This document shows, piece by piece, positions 24,305 to 36,479 of a stretch of 64,000 nt of DNA. Position numbers and translations under genes: made by a program. This stretch comes from Paramecium tetraurelia (taxonomy: Eukaryota): assembly GCA_000165425.1 (NCBI GenBank), contig CT868649.1, forward strand, positions 620,001 through 684,000. The letters are read 5' to 3'. The notes below the pieces were generated by a model that saw only the letters and a program-made list of their open reading frames with translations, did no database searches and was not told the DNA's origin. Every line of letters begins with the position of its first letter. Position 1 is the stretch's first letter.

Positions 24305-25257
24305 TCATGCTTTATATAATAGATTTGTTTAGTTTCTTTTTGTAGTTCTGGAAGAATAGTAATTTGTTTCAACTGAGAATGAGACTTTTTTTTGTTTAAT
24401 ATTGGTATGAGTTGATTTAATTGAATAATTTCTTTTTAAATCTTAAATATTTTGACTATTTTTTAAAATGCTTTTCACACTATGTTCTTTACTAGTATTA
24501 CTAGAAACTTATTCTCTAAAATGATCACTAAATTAAGCATCCTGCGAATCAGAGTTACGAGGATTGATATGTTGACTTCCGAAACTAGCTAAAATGCTCT
24601 TCTCCTCATCCTTAATAGTTTGGATAGGTTTAAGCTTTTCTTTGGGTGGAGTTTTTTATTTTTAAGAATTGATTGTCTAACTCACTTACGAATTATAGGT
24701 CACTGTATCATTATCTTTTTTAGGTGCAAATTATGAATATTGTCTTGGTAAGTATGTTTTAGATGGAGTATTTTGCATATTTTGGAAATCCTATGAATTT
24801 TAGAATGAGATAGACTGATTAAAATGTGCACTGTTGAAATCAGCAGACTCCTGTTTGCATTCCTAAAATGACTAGGATTGTTATTGCTATTGTTATTGAA
24901 TAAGCATGTCCAACTATTCTTTTTCTTCTAATTATCTAGGTAATCATGTATAAACTACATCTATTTTATTCGATATCTTACTTCCTCTTCAATATCCTTC
25001 ATAAATCTATTAACTCTTGTTTACACTACTATCTCTGTTATCTTTCTTTATTAAATAAAGCTAGGTAATTGCTAGCTGTTTTCAAGACTGTTCTCATCAG
25101 CAATTACATTATCCTCTAAATCTGTTCTACTCTTTTCATAAGTTACTATGCCTTTTTTTAATGCAGATTTTGTTCTTTAAATCACTTTACAATCATCCTC
25201 TGATTCAAGGTTTGATTGCACATATTTTGAAGAATAACAGCTATTACAGGAACCCAT
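24305..25257 (-). CDS. Putative N-acylated low-complexity protein with C-terminal SILK and KKVSF motifs
   Basis: MGSCNSC N-terminus; KSILK...KQKKVSFSV near the C-terminus; at least one intron, junction not firmly resolved. Confidence 0.65.
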
Positions 25258-25725
25258 TTATTAAATGAATATTTATTATACATTAAAATAATATCTAAAT
25301 TACAATTTAATAAATAAATGAGAAATCTTTATTTTGATATCTTAATGAAATAGTTAATTTATTTCATACATAGGACAATAATAAAGTCATCAATCATAAT
25401 ATTAATGTAAAACAACTTTATTTAAAAGCGTTTTCGTTAGTTTAATTCATTTATTCTGCTCAATAACATTAACATTTTTGTTAATTCAATTTTTTACCTT
25501 TTATAATATTATATTATATAAGATCTACATTAGACTTGATGGTTCCTTTTCTCTATTAATCAACAATCAATTAATAGTATCTGTTTATTTAGAATCCTTT
25601 ATCTATCATTAACAAATGTTCAAAAAGGAAAAAGAAATAATAACATACAGTTTTATTTGCTAATTAAGAAATTAAAGTTTTAATTATATAAAGATAGTAG
25701 TATATAATTAGTGATTTAATTTAAA

Positions 25726-26950
25726 TCATTTCAATATTTAACTCCCTTTTCTATTTTGAATTGAAATTATTTGATTTTCTTAATTTAGAATAATTTCCCC
25801 TAAAATTATAGTTTTATAAGTACCTCTAATAAACACTGAATCGACTGAACCTAAAAATAATCTGTTTTTAAAAATGTGTTTATCAATAGAAAAAGTAAAT
25901 GTGTGGTTTATCTTTTCGAAATTTAATTTCCATGCTTTAAAGGGATCAAACACAACTAAATCTGCTAACTTTCCTTCTTCTATACATCCCCTGTCTTTCA
26001 GATTTAAATATTGAGCTGGTCCTGAAGATACAAGTTATTATAATTAAATAAGTTTTAACAACATTCTTTTATAAGTTGAACTAGTTGTCTCTTTATTGTA
26101 AAATGCTTTTTTAATGATATTTGGATCTTGATTCTTTTTACAAAATAACAAAGTCCATACGGCTTGGAAAGTGCAACCAATACTACACAATCCGCTGACG
26201 GCTTTTCTAAAATCTCCTTACTCTTCAAACTTATATAAACCATTCACATATAGATGTGAACTTGATATACTACTAATCCAATTATTTTATGATATGCCCT
26301 TTTAGAGTAATTATTTATTGTATTTTTATCGAATTGGAGGATCAGATTTGAATTTAGTGATTCCATCCCCAATGTCATCACTATCTAATAAAAGATAAGG
26401 ATATCCAACATCACTAAATATTTAGTTATTGATCAGTTCTTTTATTTCCACCAAAGAAAACGAAGAAGAAAACCCATTTAGAATAATGTTACATTTAAAT
26501 TATTGCCTGATCATCTTTTTCACTTTTTAAAGTGCAAATTTTTCCCAGGTAGCAGGTCGAAATGCTAAAAAACATAAGTAATCTCTATTGAATCTATTAT
26601 TATTATTCTAATTTTAACGAGGTCTTGATTCTGAAAAATTGAATAAAACCATATCTCCAGAACCATGTTTGCCATTTGAATTCTGTTCAACTTAGTGCAA
26701 AACTAGTGCAAATCCTGTTTTTGATTATCTTCTTTGTAGTAGTCCTTAAGCAGTCTAAGCCCTTGATCTTAATCTGCAATCAGATCTGAAGGATAGACTT
26801 TCTGGTGAAGATATATCTGAGGATTATATAGACATTTGAGGACTGTGTTTAGGATTAGATTCTTATTAATTAGTTGAATCTTTTTTTGATCCTAAAGGGG
26901 ATGATTCTTGATCTTGAGTGGAGACTTTTTATTCTAATTTGAATGAAGGA

Positions 26951-26989
<39 letters not shown>

Positions 26990-28031
26990 GGACTATCTGA
27001 GTCTTCTTGAGGAAATTTATAATTCTATTCCATCTTAGGAGCTTCCTTATATGTTATAAGCTCAGCTCTACTTATCAAAGAAATTTATGATTGCTCAGTA
27101 ATCTATTTAGATTTTATTTTAAATATATTTGTTTGAAGCTTAGGAGACTAGGGAGAATCATATTAGTCATCAAATTCTGAAATTCTCTTTTCGTCTGAAT
27201 TCTTATATTTTTTAACTATATTTAATATTCAATTAATACCTATATCCTTAATTGGAGAATTACTCTCATTAAGGTAATCCATTTATTACAAATATTTGGG
27301 ATCATCATTTTGAATATTTTCATCATCACTGATACATGATCCTGAAACTCCATCGGCATCGACTAAATCTAATTAAGTAATATTTAGTCGCTCAGCAAAG
27401 GGTTTTGTTCTAAAGGGAGATGTAATCCCCAAATCTTTGTCAACGGTAGTTTAAGTGTGTATAAAAAGACATGCTTAAGAGGGCAAGTGTTATAATGCTT
27501 ATTGCAATTACTGGAAATCTTTAAAATATGTGCCAGCATAGGAAGGTAGTAAATGGCAATCGAAACAAAATGCGCCTAACTTCATTAGTTTATCTATCTA
27601 TGCAAATATAGGGCTTGAGTGTGTACATCCTCATTTTATAGAATTTTGGCCATTTAAATAAAATCAGTTTGTGATTAGGATTGCAATTATTGGATTTGCA
27701 TTTAGTATGTTTCCTAAGCATCTAGATCGAAATTCAATTAGTAAGGTTTATTAACAATTAAAGATGCCCCTCCGACAATAGCCAATCTAATAGTCTAAAC
27801 TTCATACTTAGTAAATTCTTCAATATGATTCCAAATGCTTAGTGATACATTTGTATCAATAGCAGCTGCCATGAGCACTTGATTCATGTAGACATACTTG
27901 ATAGGGTATTGATTTAATAATTCATTCGGCTCCTACAAAATATGTTTGATGTATTCATCTTCAATGCACACGTATCCACTTATTAATTGATCTTTGTATA
28001 GTATGTAATTGCTCTGTATTGAGTACTTCAT
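25726..28031 (-). CDS. Allantoinase/dihydroorotase-like amidohydrolase, probably inactive, with a large insertion
   Basis: DYLCFLAFRPATWE, GITKFKSDPPIR, GDFRKAVSG, GPAQYLNL..RGCIEEGKLADLVVFDP. Confidence 0.85.
26953..26988 (-). repeat. (TAA)12 microsatellite encoding poly-Gln
   Basis: 12 TTA units on + strand, in frame within the amidohydrolase-like CDS. Confidence 0.95.
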
Positions 28032-28048
28032 AAATTAAATATATTATT

Positions 28049-29533
28049 ATGATTACTACTGAAATCAATTCAAATGACCCTATTGTTGATATCGATCCTC
28101 ACGATTAATAATCAGATGATAGAGAGAATAAAGTAAAGCATCTGATTAAGTAGAGTCCAAATGAGTTCATTGTAGTGGAGGTTGAAAAACGGCAAGAATA
28201 ATCCGAATTGTAAGAGATCTATGAAGAATAATTAGACATATAATAATTGAAGCTAAAGGAAATAGAGAGACAGGAAAGAATCAAAAAGTACTTACTCAAG
28301 ATCATTATCAACTAGAATTCCAATCACTTTGAAAAGATAGCTCTCTACAATTAATGAATTGTCAGACTAATCCATTAATAATAGTTGTTCACCTCAAATT
28401 GATGTGGACCATCATCATTCTAAAAAATAAAACAAAGACGTAAGAATCAATACAACTAAATAGTTTTTATTTCAAATCCAAGAAGAAAATAAATAAACAG
28501 AGCCTAGATAAGTTGATAAGTAAAAATAGCAAAAAAAGAAGTTTAAAAAAAAGAAAAAGAAAAAGTAATTAACTAGAGAATTGACTTAAGTTTCTCTGCC
28601 TATTCCGGAGATGAAATACTAACAAAACATGAATTTTAAATACTATTATAGAGATTAGAGAATAGATTGTAGTTGGAAATTATTATTTAGTTATTTTACC
28701 ATAATAATTTTAAGTAATATCACCCTTCACACAATTGAAATGGTAAGGTATTCTTAAAGTGTGTGTAAGTTAGAAGGAATAGATAATTTGTTCATTTATG
28801 CAAATTAATTATTCTATATCTTGGGTAAAATTGGATTGCTTAGCTTAAATTATTAAGAATTTACAAATACTTTACCTACGAAATCCAAAATTCCGTTATT
28901 CAATTCTGTAATTTTTAGCTCAATTTTTGTTGTATTATCGATGCCTTTATATGTATTTGATTTTGTACTGTGTTAACCTAGGAGTAGATTGATAACTCTT
29001 TAAGAAAGTCTTCAGATATTAAACTTTTTTGATTGGGGAGTTATTTCAGTTTTGGGAGTAGTTATCCTGATGCATTCATGTCTCAAGATTTCTATGAAGA
29101 AGAAAACTTGGAAAACCTTGAAGTAAAGAATTCAAAAATAAATAGAAAATTTCTTATGGTGATTTATTATCTTCTGTTGCTTCTTGTGCATTTACTTCAA
29201 GTTTTAGTAACTGTGACATAATCTTTTAATTCGTATTTGCCGGCTATGATAATGGAAAATTTTTACCTTTGCTTTTCGATAATTGCAATGATCTATTTAT
29301 CAATGAGAAAATTTTGTTTCCACAGTGAACCATTTTAATTTGCCCAATAAAAATTACCAAATGATCCAATGATTTTAATTTCAGATGAAAAGTTAAATAA
29401 TTGGGGATAAGAGGAGAAGTTCTTTGACGGTGACTCAATTAAATTGAGTAAAAGAACAAAGCTGAGTCCTTCATCAAGTTAATTCAATAGTCTTTAAATT
29501 ACATAAATAGGTTTTCTGGCTAAAAAAGACTGA
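28049..29533 (+). pseudogene. Membrane-protein gene with charged N-terminus and C-terminal TMs; middle appears disrupted
   Basis: Good 5' and 3' coding frames; internal TGAs and frame changes unresolved. Confidence 0.35.
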
Positions 29534-29578
29534 ACTTTTCTATATATTTATTTATTTATTTAAATAATTGCTCTTCAC

Positions 29579-30268
29579 ATGTTAATCTTAGCTGGATTGA
29601 AGTTAAAGGATTTATAGGAATAAGCCCAAGAGCCTTAATAAAATATCAAACATTTAGATGTTTCTGTAATATCCATTAGTCATTTTAGAGTAATCTATTA
29701 AAGTCTGGAAAAGAATTCAGCATGTTTCCAAACTTAGAAACCTTGATCATAGATAATAATTACTTTTTCAGATTGGATGATTTTCCAATTTTGCCAAATT
29801 TAATCACCCTTAGCGCAAACAAAAATACATTTAATAATTTTGACATGTAATCTATATATATATTCAGGTTCATATAACATTGTAAGGAGAAGTTTCCTAA
29901 GTTAACACATCTAAGTTTAATAAAGAATCCTATATGTCCCATGTTTACTTAAGGAGAAGAGGAATATGTTAAGTATACAAAAACGTCATCAATAGTTATC
30001 GAGCAAAATTCATTCAGGAATTGCCTCTTTTAAAGAATTTAGACGGTACTCCAATCAATCCTCAAGAGGCTGATCCTAATTTTTGGAAATAATAATAGTA
30101 AATCAAATAATAGTAAGCTTAAGTAACAATATTGTTTATAGTTTGTAGAATTATAATGAATAGAAGAGAGGAACAATCGATTATAATGCTAAATACTAAA
30201 AACCCAATAGTAAAACCGTAAAAACTAAAAGTGAAGGAAATAGGTTTGTTAAAAACACACATTTATGA
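29579..30268 (+). CDS. LRMDA/C10orf11-like leucine-rich repeat protein
   Basis: LRRs, LTHLSLIKNPICP, LPLLKNLDG, C-terminal KSEGNRFVKNTHL; 3 short introns. Confidence 0.8.
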
Positions 30269-30359
30269 TATTATGATAATCATTTATTTATTTTTTGATA
30301 ATGTTAATTTAATGAAATTAATTGTGAGACATTAATCAAGCATTTTTATAGTGTTGAAT

Positions 30360-30365
30360 AAAAAA
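30360..30365 (-). terminator. Pol III T6 terminator of the 5S gene
   Basis: Six T on the minus strand immediately after the 5S 3' end. Confidence 0.85.
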
Positions 30366-30485
30366 GGGTTGTCAACACGAGGACTTCCCAAGCGGTCCCC
30401 CACCTTAGTACTAACCTCGCCTTAAGCCGCTTAACTTCGGAGTTCGAATGGGATCCGGTGCTTTAGGCTTAGTATGGCCGACAAC
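30366..30485 (-). rRNA. 5S: 5S rRNA, single dispersed copy
   Basis: 120 nt GTTGTCGGCCATAC...CCGGATCCCATTCGAACTCCGAAGTTAAGC...GTTAGTACT...GGGAAGTCC..GTTGACAAC; terminal helix I pairs. Confidence 0.97.
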
Positions 30486-30533
30486 GATATTAATATAACT
30501 TATTATTATTTATAACATTGAATTAATATAAAT

Positions 30534-32443
30534 TCACTAATCAGCATTGGTCTATAATTTTATGTGTTTATGCATGTGTTAATCTGGGGATGCTTCTTTT
30601 GAATCCTTTTTCGATTTGAATGTTTTCGATTCTTTTAAAGCTATGTTTTAGAAGAATGATTTAAATGTTAATTCTCGATATAATTGTTCATAAAGATTAA
30701 TCATATCACTATCAAGTAAAGATAATAACTTTAAGTCAGTGGCTCCTTTTTAGGGTTTTACTTATAAACTAACATAAGACTTAAAGCCTTTTTAGATTTT
30801 AGTGATTTTTGAATCTTCATCAAAATATTGTTTTTATTTATTTTTTTTTGTCTTTTCATCAACAAACAGCATTGGTTTTTCAATGCTATTAAATATGTTT
30901 AATTGATCATCATTAAGTAGTACATATTTTAATTTTTCAATTTCAATAAGTTTCTTAACTAAATAGGCTACGTTTGTTTTTTTGTTCAATCTAATTTCTG
31001 CTTCTTTCAATTACTTCTTTTTGTCTCTGCTGCATCCTAACAAAATCGAAATTGTTTATGCCCAAGTTAGATTAATACTTGCTTTTAAGTTTTATAAGTA
31101 GGTATAGATTCTAGTATTTTAAAGCAGTAAACTTTCGTTAACATTTGCCCAACAATAAGAATTCGGACTTTCGATATTTTAAAAATAAGCAGATTTCTGT
31201 ATAACTTGTTCATTTTCTTATTAACAAATAACAAAGTCATTTTAGAGTACTTTGAAACGAAAGATTTTATTTGTGAATTGTATCAAATAAAAAAACCTAT
31301 TTATAGGTATCAATAAAATGTCAAAGAAGATATAAATAATAAAGATATATCCTCCTAGTTTACCTAAAAGTGCTGAGATTTTGGTGTGAGTTATAATGAA
31401 TTTGGTTTACTTATAACTCAAATCAATTTCCTAATTTATGAGAGTGTCAGAAGGATCAAATATGAGTACTTCCTTTTGGTCTTATAATTATAAACAACCA
31501 CTATATTCTTTTTAAGCATAAATAAATGTTTTATCCACTTCACTTTCGACTACTTTATATTATTACTTAATTTATCTTTAATAGTTCTTTAATATTTAGA
31601 AGTTTTGGGTTCTCAATATTTATTAAGTTAAATTTTAGGAATTGTCTAATTGTATAAGATTATCAGTAAGATAGTAAGTGTAATAAGTTTGGAAAAGTTA
31701 ATTTTTATTATTCTCTTCTGGGAAGCAATCTTATCTGTCAGTATTATTTCTACAAATTGATAGTTTGATAGTCAAATACTGGTAAGTGTCAGATGAAATT
31801 ACTCCTTACAAACTCTAAATATAATCTTCAAATATTACTGGTTTAAGAATTTCAAACTAATTATTCTTTATACACATATAATGACTTAAATTAGCTCCTC
31901 CAAAGTACTTTTTAATGTCCTAATCCTAGAAGTTATTTTATTGGCAAGGGACTGTTTCTAATTATGTACAACTAATCATCTAATCTATATTAGGATTTTA
32001 CTTTTTAAAGGTTAGATTTCGATTTTGGGGATTATTTTTGGTTTTTTTGCAAAATTGAATTGATAGTGTAAAATATCTTTCCATTTACTCAATAGGCATG
32101 AAATCTTTATTGTAAATGGCCAAGGCTAATGTGAAGTTAGACTAATCAATAGGGTACTCCTTAATTGGCTATTAAAATATCATACTTTATTTATATCAAG
32201 CTCGCTGTCAGATTGAATAACGGTTGGTTTCTCTCTTAAGATGAATTCACTGAGATCATGAAGAAATAAAGTAATTATTAGGACTAACAATATAATTGTA
32301 AATGTTGATCCGAAAATTGTGTTTACTGATTTGGCCTTTGTGATTGTTAGTCTAGGTTATATGCCGAAGAGATTGAAGCTATTTACTACAAGCTTTTTGA
32401 AAGAGTTGGTGTATTTGGATGATAGTTATCGAAACCCTAACAT
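30534..32443 (-). CDS. Ciliate two-TM protein with a large Cys-containing loop (ENaC/P2X-like topology)
   Basis: FNLFG...TIFGSTFTIILLVLIITLF (TM1), long loop, KISALLGKLGGYIFIIYIFF (TM2), cytosolic tail. Confidence 0.75.
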
Positions 32444-32566
32444 TAATTTGTTCTTTATTATATAAAATTTACTCTCAAAAATCCAAGACCTTCATTGTGT
32501 TATTAATAATCGAAATTTTTGTTTTAAAGTAATCAAAGATGAGAAGAAATTATTAATAAATTAAAT

Positions 32567-34987
32567 ATGAGTTAGAAAACCATCGAAGAAAAATTAGAGG
32601 AGTACACTAGTGAAGTCTGCAAAGGATTGCGCTCTGGTGAATTTGTTTCAATGCCACGCTCCAAATATATGGAATTATATGAGTACTATCCCAATTATTA
32701 ACAATTCAAGTTGGACCTTTTAATTTTAAAGCACTCAAACAATTCAATTAAAGCGCACTTTTGAAAATTGGTTATTTAAATATCTAGAGACCTAAATGAT
32801 TCCTCAATTAATAAATTCTTAAGATTTTATCGAATCCTTTATTTTTGAAATAGGTCTATTTAAGTCTCTATTAAAATATTTCTCAACTCTGATGCATAAC
32901 TATAATTAGGTATTAGGAACTCCTTAACTTTACATTGTGGAGATAGGTTTGATAAATTTAGACGCGAAAGTGATGACTCTTGACACCATTAGATAGAGAT
33001 ACAAAAATTCCTTTATTGATTTGCTAAATCAAATACGGCTAACAAACAATCCAAATTAGAAATAAAAACTGCAAAGCTTTATCGAAGTAAATAAGTTTTC
33101 CTATTTATAGATATTAGATTTGAATGCATTGGCTTAGAATAATAGATTAGAAATACTATGCATTGATCAATAAGTTATTATTACAGTGAAAGAAAAGCCT
33201 CCAAAAATGAATTCACTTCCATCTCCTCAAACAACTTTTAATACTCTGCTATATAATACATTGTTGGAAGGAACAAGAAGAATCTATTAAGAATTATCTC
33301 TCACTTGGATTTCCACCGGATCTAGCAATGAGTATGTTAACTTAGCCACACAATAAGTAATAATCGAAGAATAATTGAATAATCAATTTTACAAGAAGTT
33401 CCAAGCCCCAAATGAAGTTATCAGAACATTTATAAATGAAATGCTCGAATAAAGGGTGGATAAAATTCTCTAAAATCCTCAGGATGGTATGTAGAAGCAA
33501 TTAATATAAGAGAAAAATAGTTAAGATTTATAAACTATCTCAAGTCTTTATTAATTATATAAGAATACAGCTAATTATATAGATAAATTGTTATAAGAGT
33601 TTCAACAATTTATTCGTGATTAAATTACTCAAGTGTTGTCAGAATCTGAAGAAAATCCTTAACAAAAATAAATTTCATAACAGCAAACTAAAACTTAGTA
33701 ACAGGCTGGTGCTAAAACTATACAAATACATTTAGCCTAAATTGATAATCTCTAAAATATTTATGAATATTGCTTAAGATTGGTGTAAGTTTGTTTTGAA
33801 GGATCGCATAGATTTAGAAATCATATGGAATTAACATTTAAGGAGAAATTAAATCAAGCTGATAGATTTATGGATAAATTATCGTTTTATATTCATGTAT
33901 CTTTGAAAGACAAATTAAAAGAAACTAATAATGATGAGGATAGATAAAAATTTAAAAAATTCAACACCAACATTCTAGCCTTCATCCTATTAATTAATAG
34001 CAAGGGCAAATTATTTTAAAAGATTACAGACAATCTGAAAAGCAGGATTTTTAAGGGAGAAATAAAGAATCTAGGATATGAGGAAGAATTTCTAAAATCA
34101 TTAAGAAGAGAGCATCCTGAACATTTGCCATCAGATTTATTAACAGTTTGGAAGGATTTCAAATATTATAGAAATTTAGACAATGAAGTGTAAACACTCA
34201 TGTCTAATTTTAAGCTATTATAAGGAGCAAATGTTTAATTTACTATTTTTACAAGGACAAATTCTTTGAAAGAGTTTAATACTATGAATAATAGAGATAA
34301 AGTTGATCCTCCACAAATGATTTAATAGGCGATAAATAAAATGGAACAACTTTATTAAGTAAAATAATAAGCCGAAAAGAAGTCTTTGGTTTGGAATTAT
34401 AGAATTGGATAATCAACTATTAATTATAAGTAATTTACTATATTATAATTAGATTTGGGCCATCACTCTAATAAGTGGGCAAGCTTATCATTTCTAATTT
34501 ATAACTCTTTATTATTCTTTATTTAAAATAAAATGGAGGAAGATCCAAAGGGGAATTATTAAATGACACAGGTATCAATTATGAAGAGGAGTTGACTTAA
34601 TAAATGGAGAACCTATTAGATTTTCGACTTCTTGTTGAGACACACGGAAAATATTATCTCTAAACAGAATAGGCTAATCTAAAAATGCAACTTGCCCCAA
34701 ATAAGCCAATTACTTTAGTACCAAGGAAAGTTGGAGAAAATACTGAGGATCAAATAATGTTAAAAAAAGAAAGAGATGTCAAAATTTAATCATGTATTGT
34801 AAAATTGATGAAATCAAACAAAGAAATGTATTACCCATAAATATTTGCTGAAGTATAGAAAGGATTATTAGGATATTACGACTTTTCTGCTTAAGACATT
34901 CTTACTCAAATTGATGAGTTAATAATTTCAAATTACATAAAAAGAGATGAAAAAATTAATAATAAGTTTTTATATACACCTGGGTGA
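32567..34987 (+). CDS. Divergent cullin
   Basis: Helical N-terminus, KKSLVWNYRIG (cullin homology), C-terminal ERDVKIQSCIVKLMKSNK and NYIKRDE..NKFLY. Confidence 0.88.
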
Positions 34988-34996
34988 TAAGAATAA

Positions 34997-35601
34997 TCAA
35001 ATATTATAACATTATTAATATTTTATTTCTGTTTCTATGTGTCTAATCCATTAATCTAATGGCAATTGATCTTTATTCTATCCTCTATGCTAATGATTAA
35101 TATTGTATTATACCCTCATCAACATTTTTGCACAGATATCACTTAATTATTTGTGTTTCTCAAAAGGAAATTTGTATATTTTGTAAGCTTTGCTACATGC
35201 TGAAATATATTTGCATCCTTATGCTTCAATTTAACTTTGTGACAATTCAAATTCTCTGATTAAGTTTTCTAATAATTATACACTATTTAGAATCATATTT
35301 TAGCAAACGACTATCTAATTTCCATTATTCAATACAGGAAAATATTTATTCTGTAGATTATCATAATCTAAGTACATATTTCCTCTTGAACAATTATTAC
35401 TTAAATTGGTAATGTATAATACCTAATAACAATTTCTTTGTTTTTGTAATTCGCAAATAATTTTTCTTGTTGAAATCTTTTTATGTAGTTTTAAATATCC
35501 TCTTGAGATAAGGTTTTTAGTTTTTCTGTTAAAATTTAATCGACCCAATTTATTGCTATGATTGTAGGATCAGTCTTGGTTGGATCATAAAACCTCGGCA
35601 T
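34997..35601 (-). CDS. Small protein, possibly Atp23 (peptidase M76)-like without HExxH
   Basis: Two introns (23 and 24 nt) give a full ORF; NQIVVCQNMILNSVQLLENLIREFEL recalls Atp23 IvlCqN...L.HELIH. Confidence 0.45.
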
Positions 35602-35662
35602 TATATAAATATTTGTTTATTAAATAATTTGTTTAATTTATTAGAGGATAGCATTATTTTTA

Positions 35663-36415
35663 ATGGATTAATAATAAGGAGAAAATAAACTATCAAAAAA
35701 ATAGTAAAAGAAATTAGCCAAAAAGGAAAAATAGAAAGAGTACTTCAAGGAAAAGAAGATTCTCAAAAAACAAATCAAGAAATAATAAAAGCAAGAATAA
35801 AAAGCAAATCAAGTCGATGATAATAAAGTCCATAATCAAGAAAAATAACATAAAAAACCAAAAGAGCAGTATTAAGAAGAAATGAAGACTGGAATCAAAG
35901 TTGTTATCGATCTGCAATTCATGAATTAGATGACTATTCAAGAAAAAACATCTTTATATAAATAAATTGAGCTTTGTCATTCAAACAACTTCAAATCAGC
36001 AAAACCTTTAAATCTCATAGTGACATCTTTGACAGAGGATTTCCAATAATTATTAAATAAAAGCAATGCTTCAAACTGGGGTATTTAATTAAACGAAAAA
36101 CCATATATTGATTTATTTAACAAGGAAGATTTAGTTTACCTCACAGGCGATACAGATAATGTTATGGATGAATTTAATTAAGAAGAAGTATATATCATTG
36201 GTGGACTAGTTGATCATAATAGATTGAAATTAATAACTTACAATAAAGCTATAGAATAAGGTATCAAGACAAAGAAACTTCCAATAAATTTAAATTTAAA
36301 AACATCCTCAATATTAACAGTGAATCAGGTATTTGAAATATTACTAAGACGCAATAATGGAGAAGATTGGAGTGATTCTGTATAAAATACAATTCCAAAA
36401 AGAAAGCTTGCATGA
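35663..36415 (+). CDS. TRM10: tRNA m1G9 methyltransferase (SPOUT)
   Basis: Intronless 753 nt; VVIDLQF, LVYLTGD, YIIGGLVDHNR, KLPI, ILTVNQVFEIL, IPKRK. Confidence 0.95.
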
Positions 36416-36479
36416 ATATATTTTAATCGTAAAGTTTAAATAATAATTATTCATATTTAATTATGTAATAATTTTAATA

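Noticed and set aside
30440..30460. GTTCGAAT tRNA T-loop-like motif (similar one at about 58541-58550)
   Set aside because: Lies in the antisense strand of the 5S rRNA, or within the CcmH-like CDS; no cloverleaf
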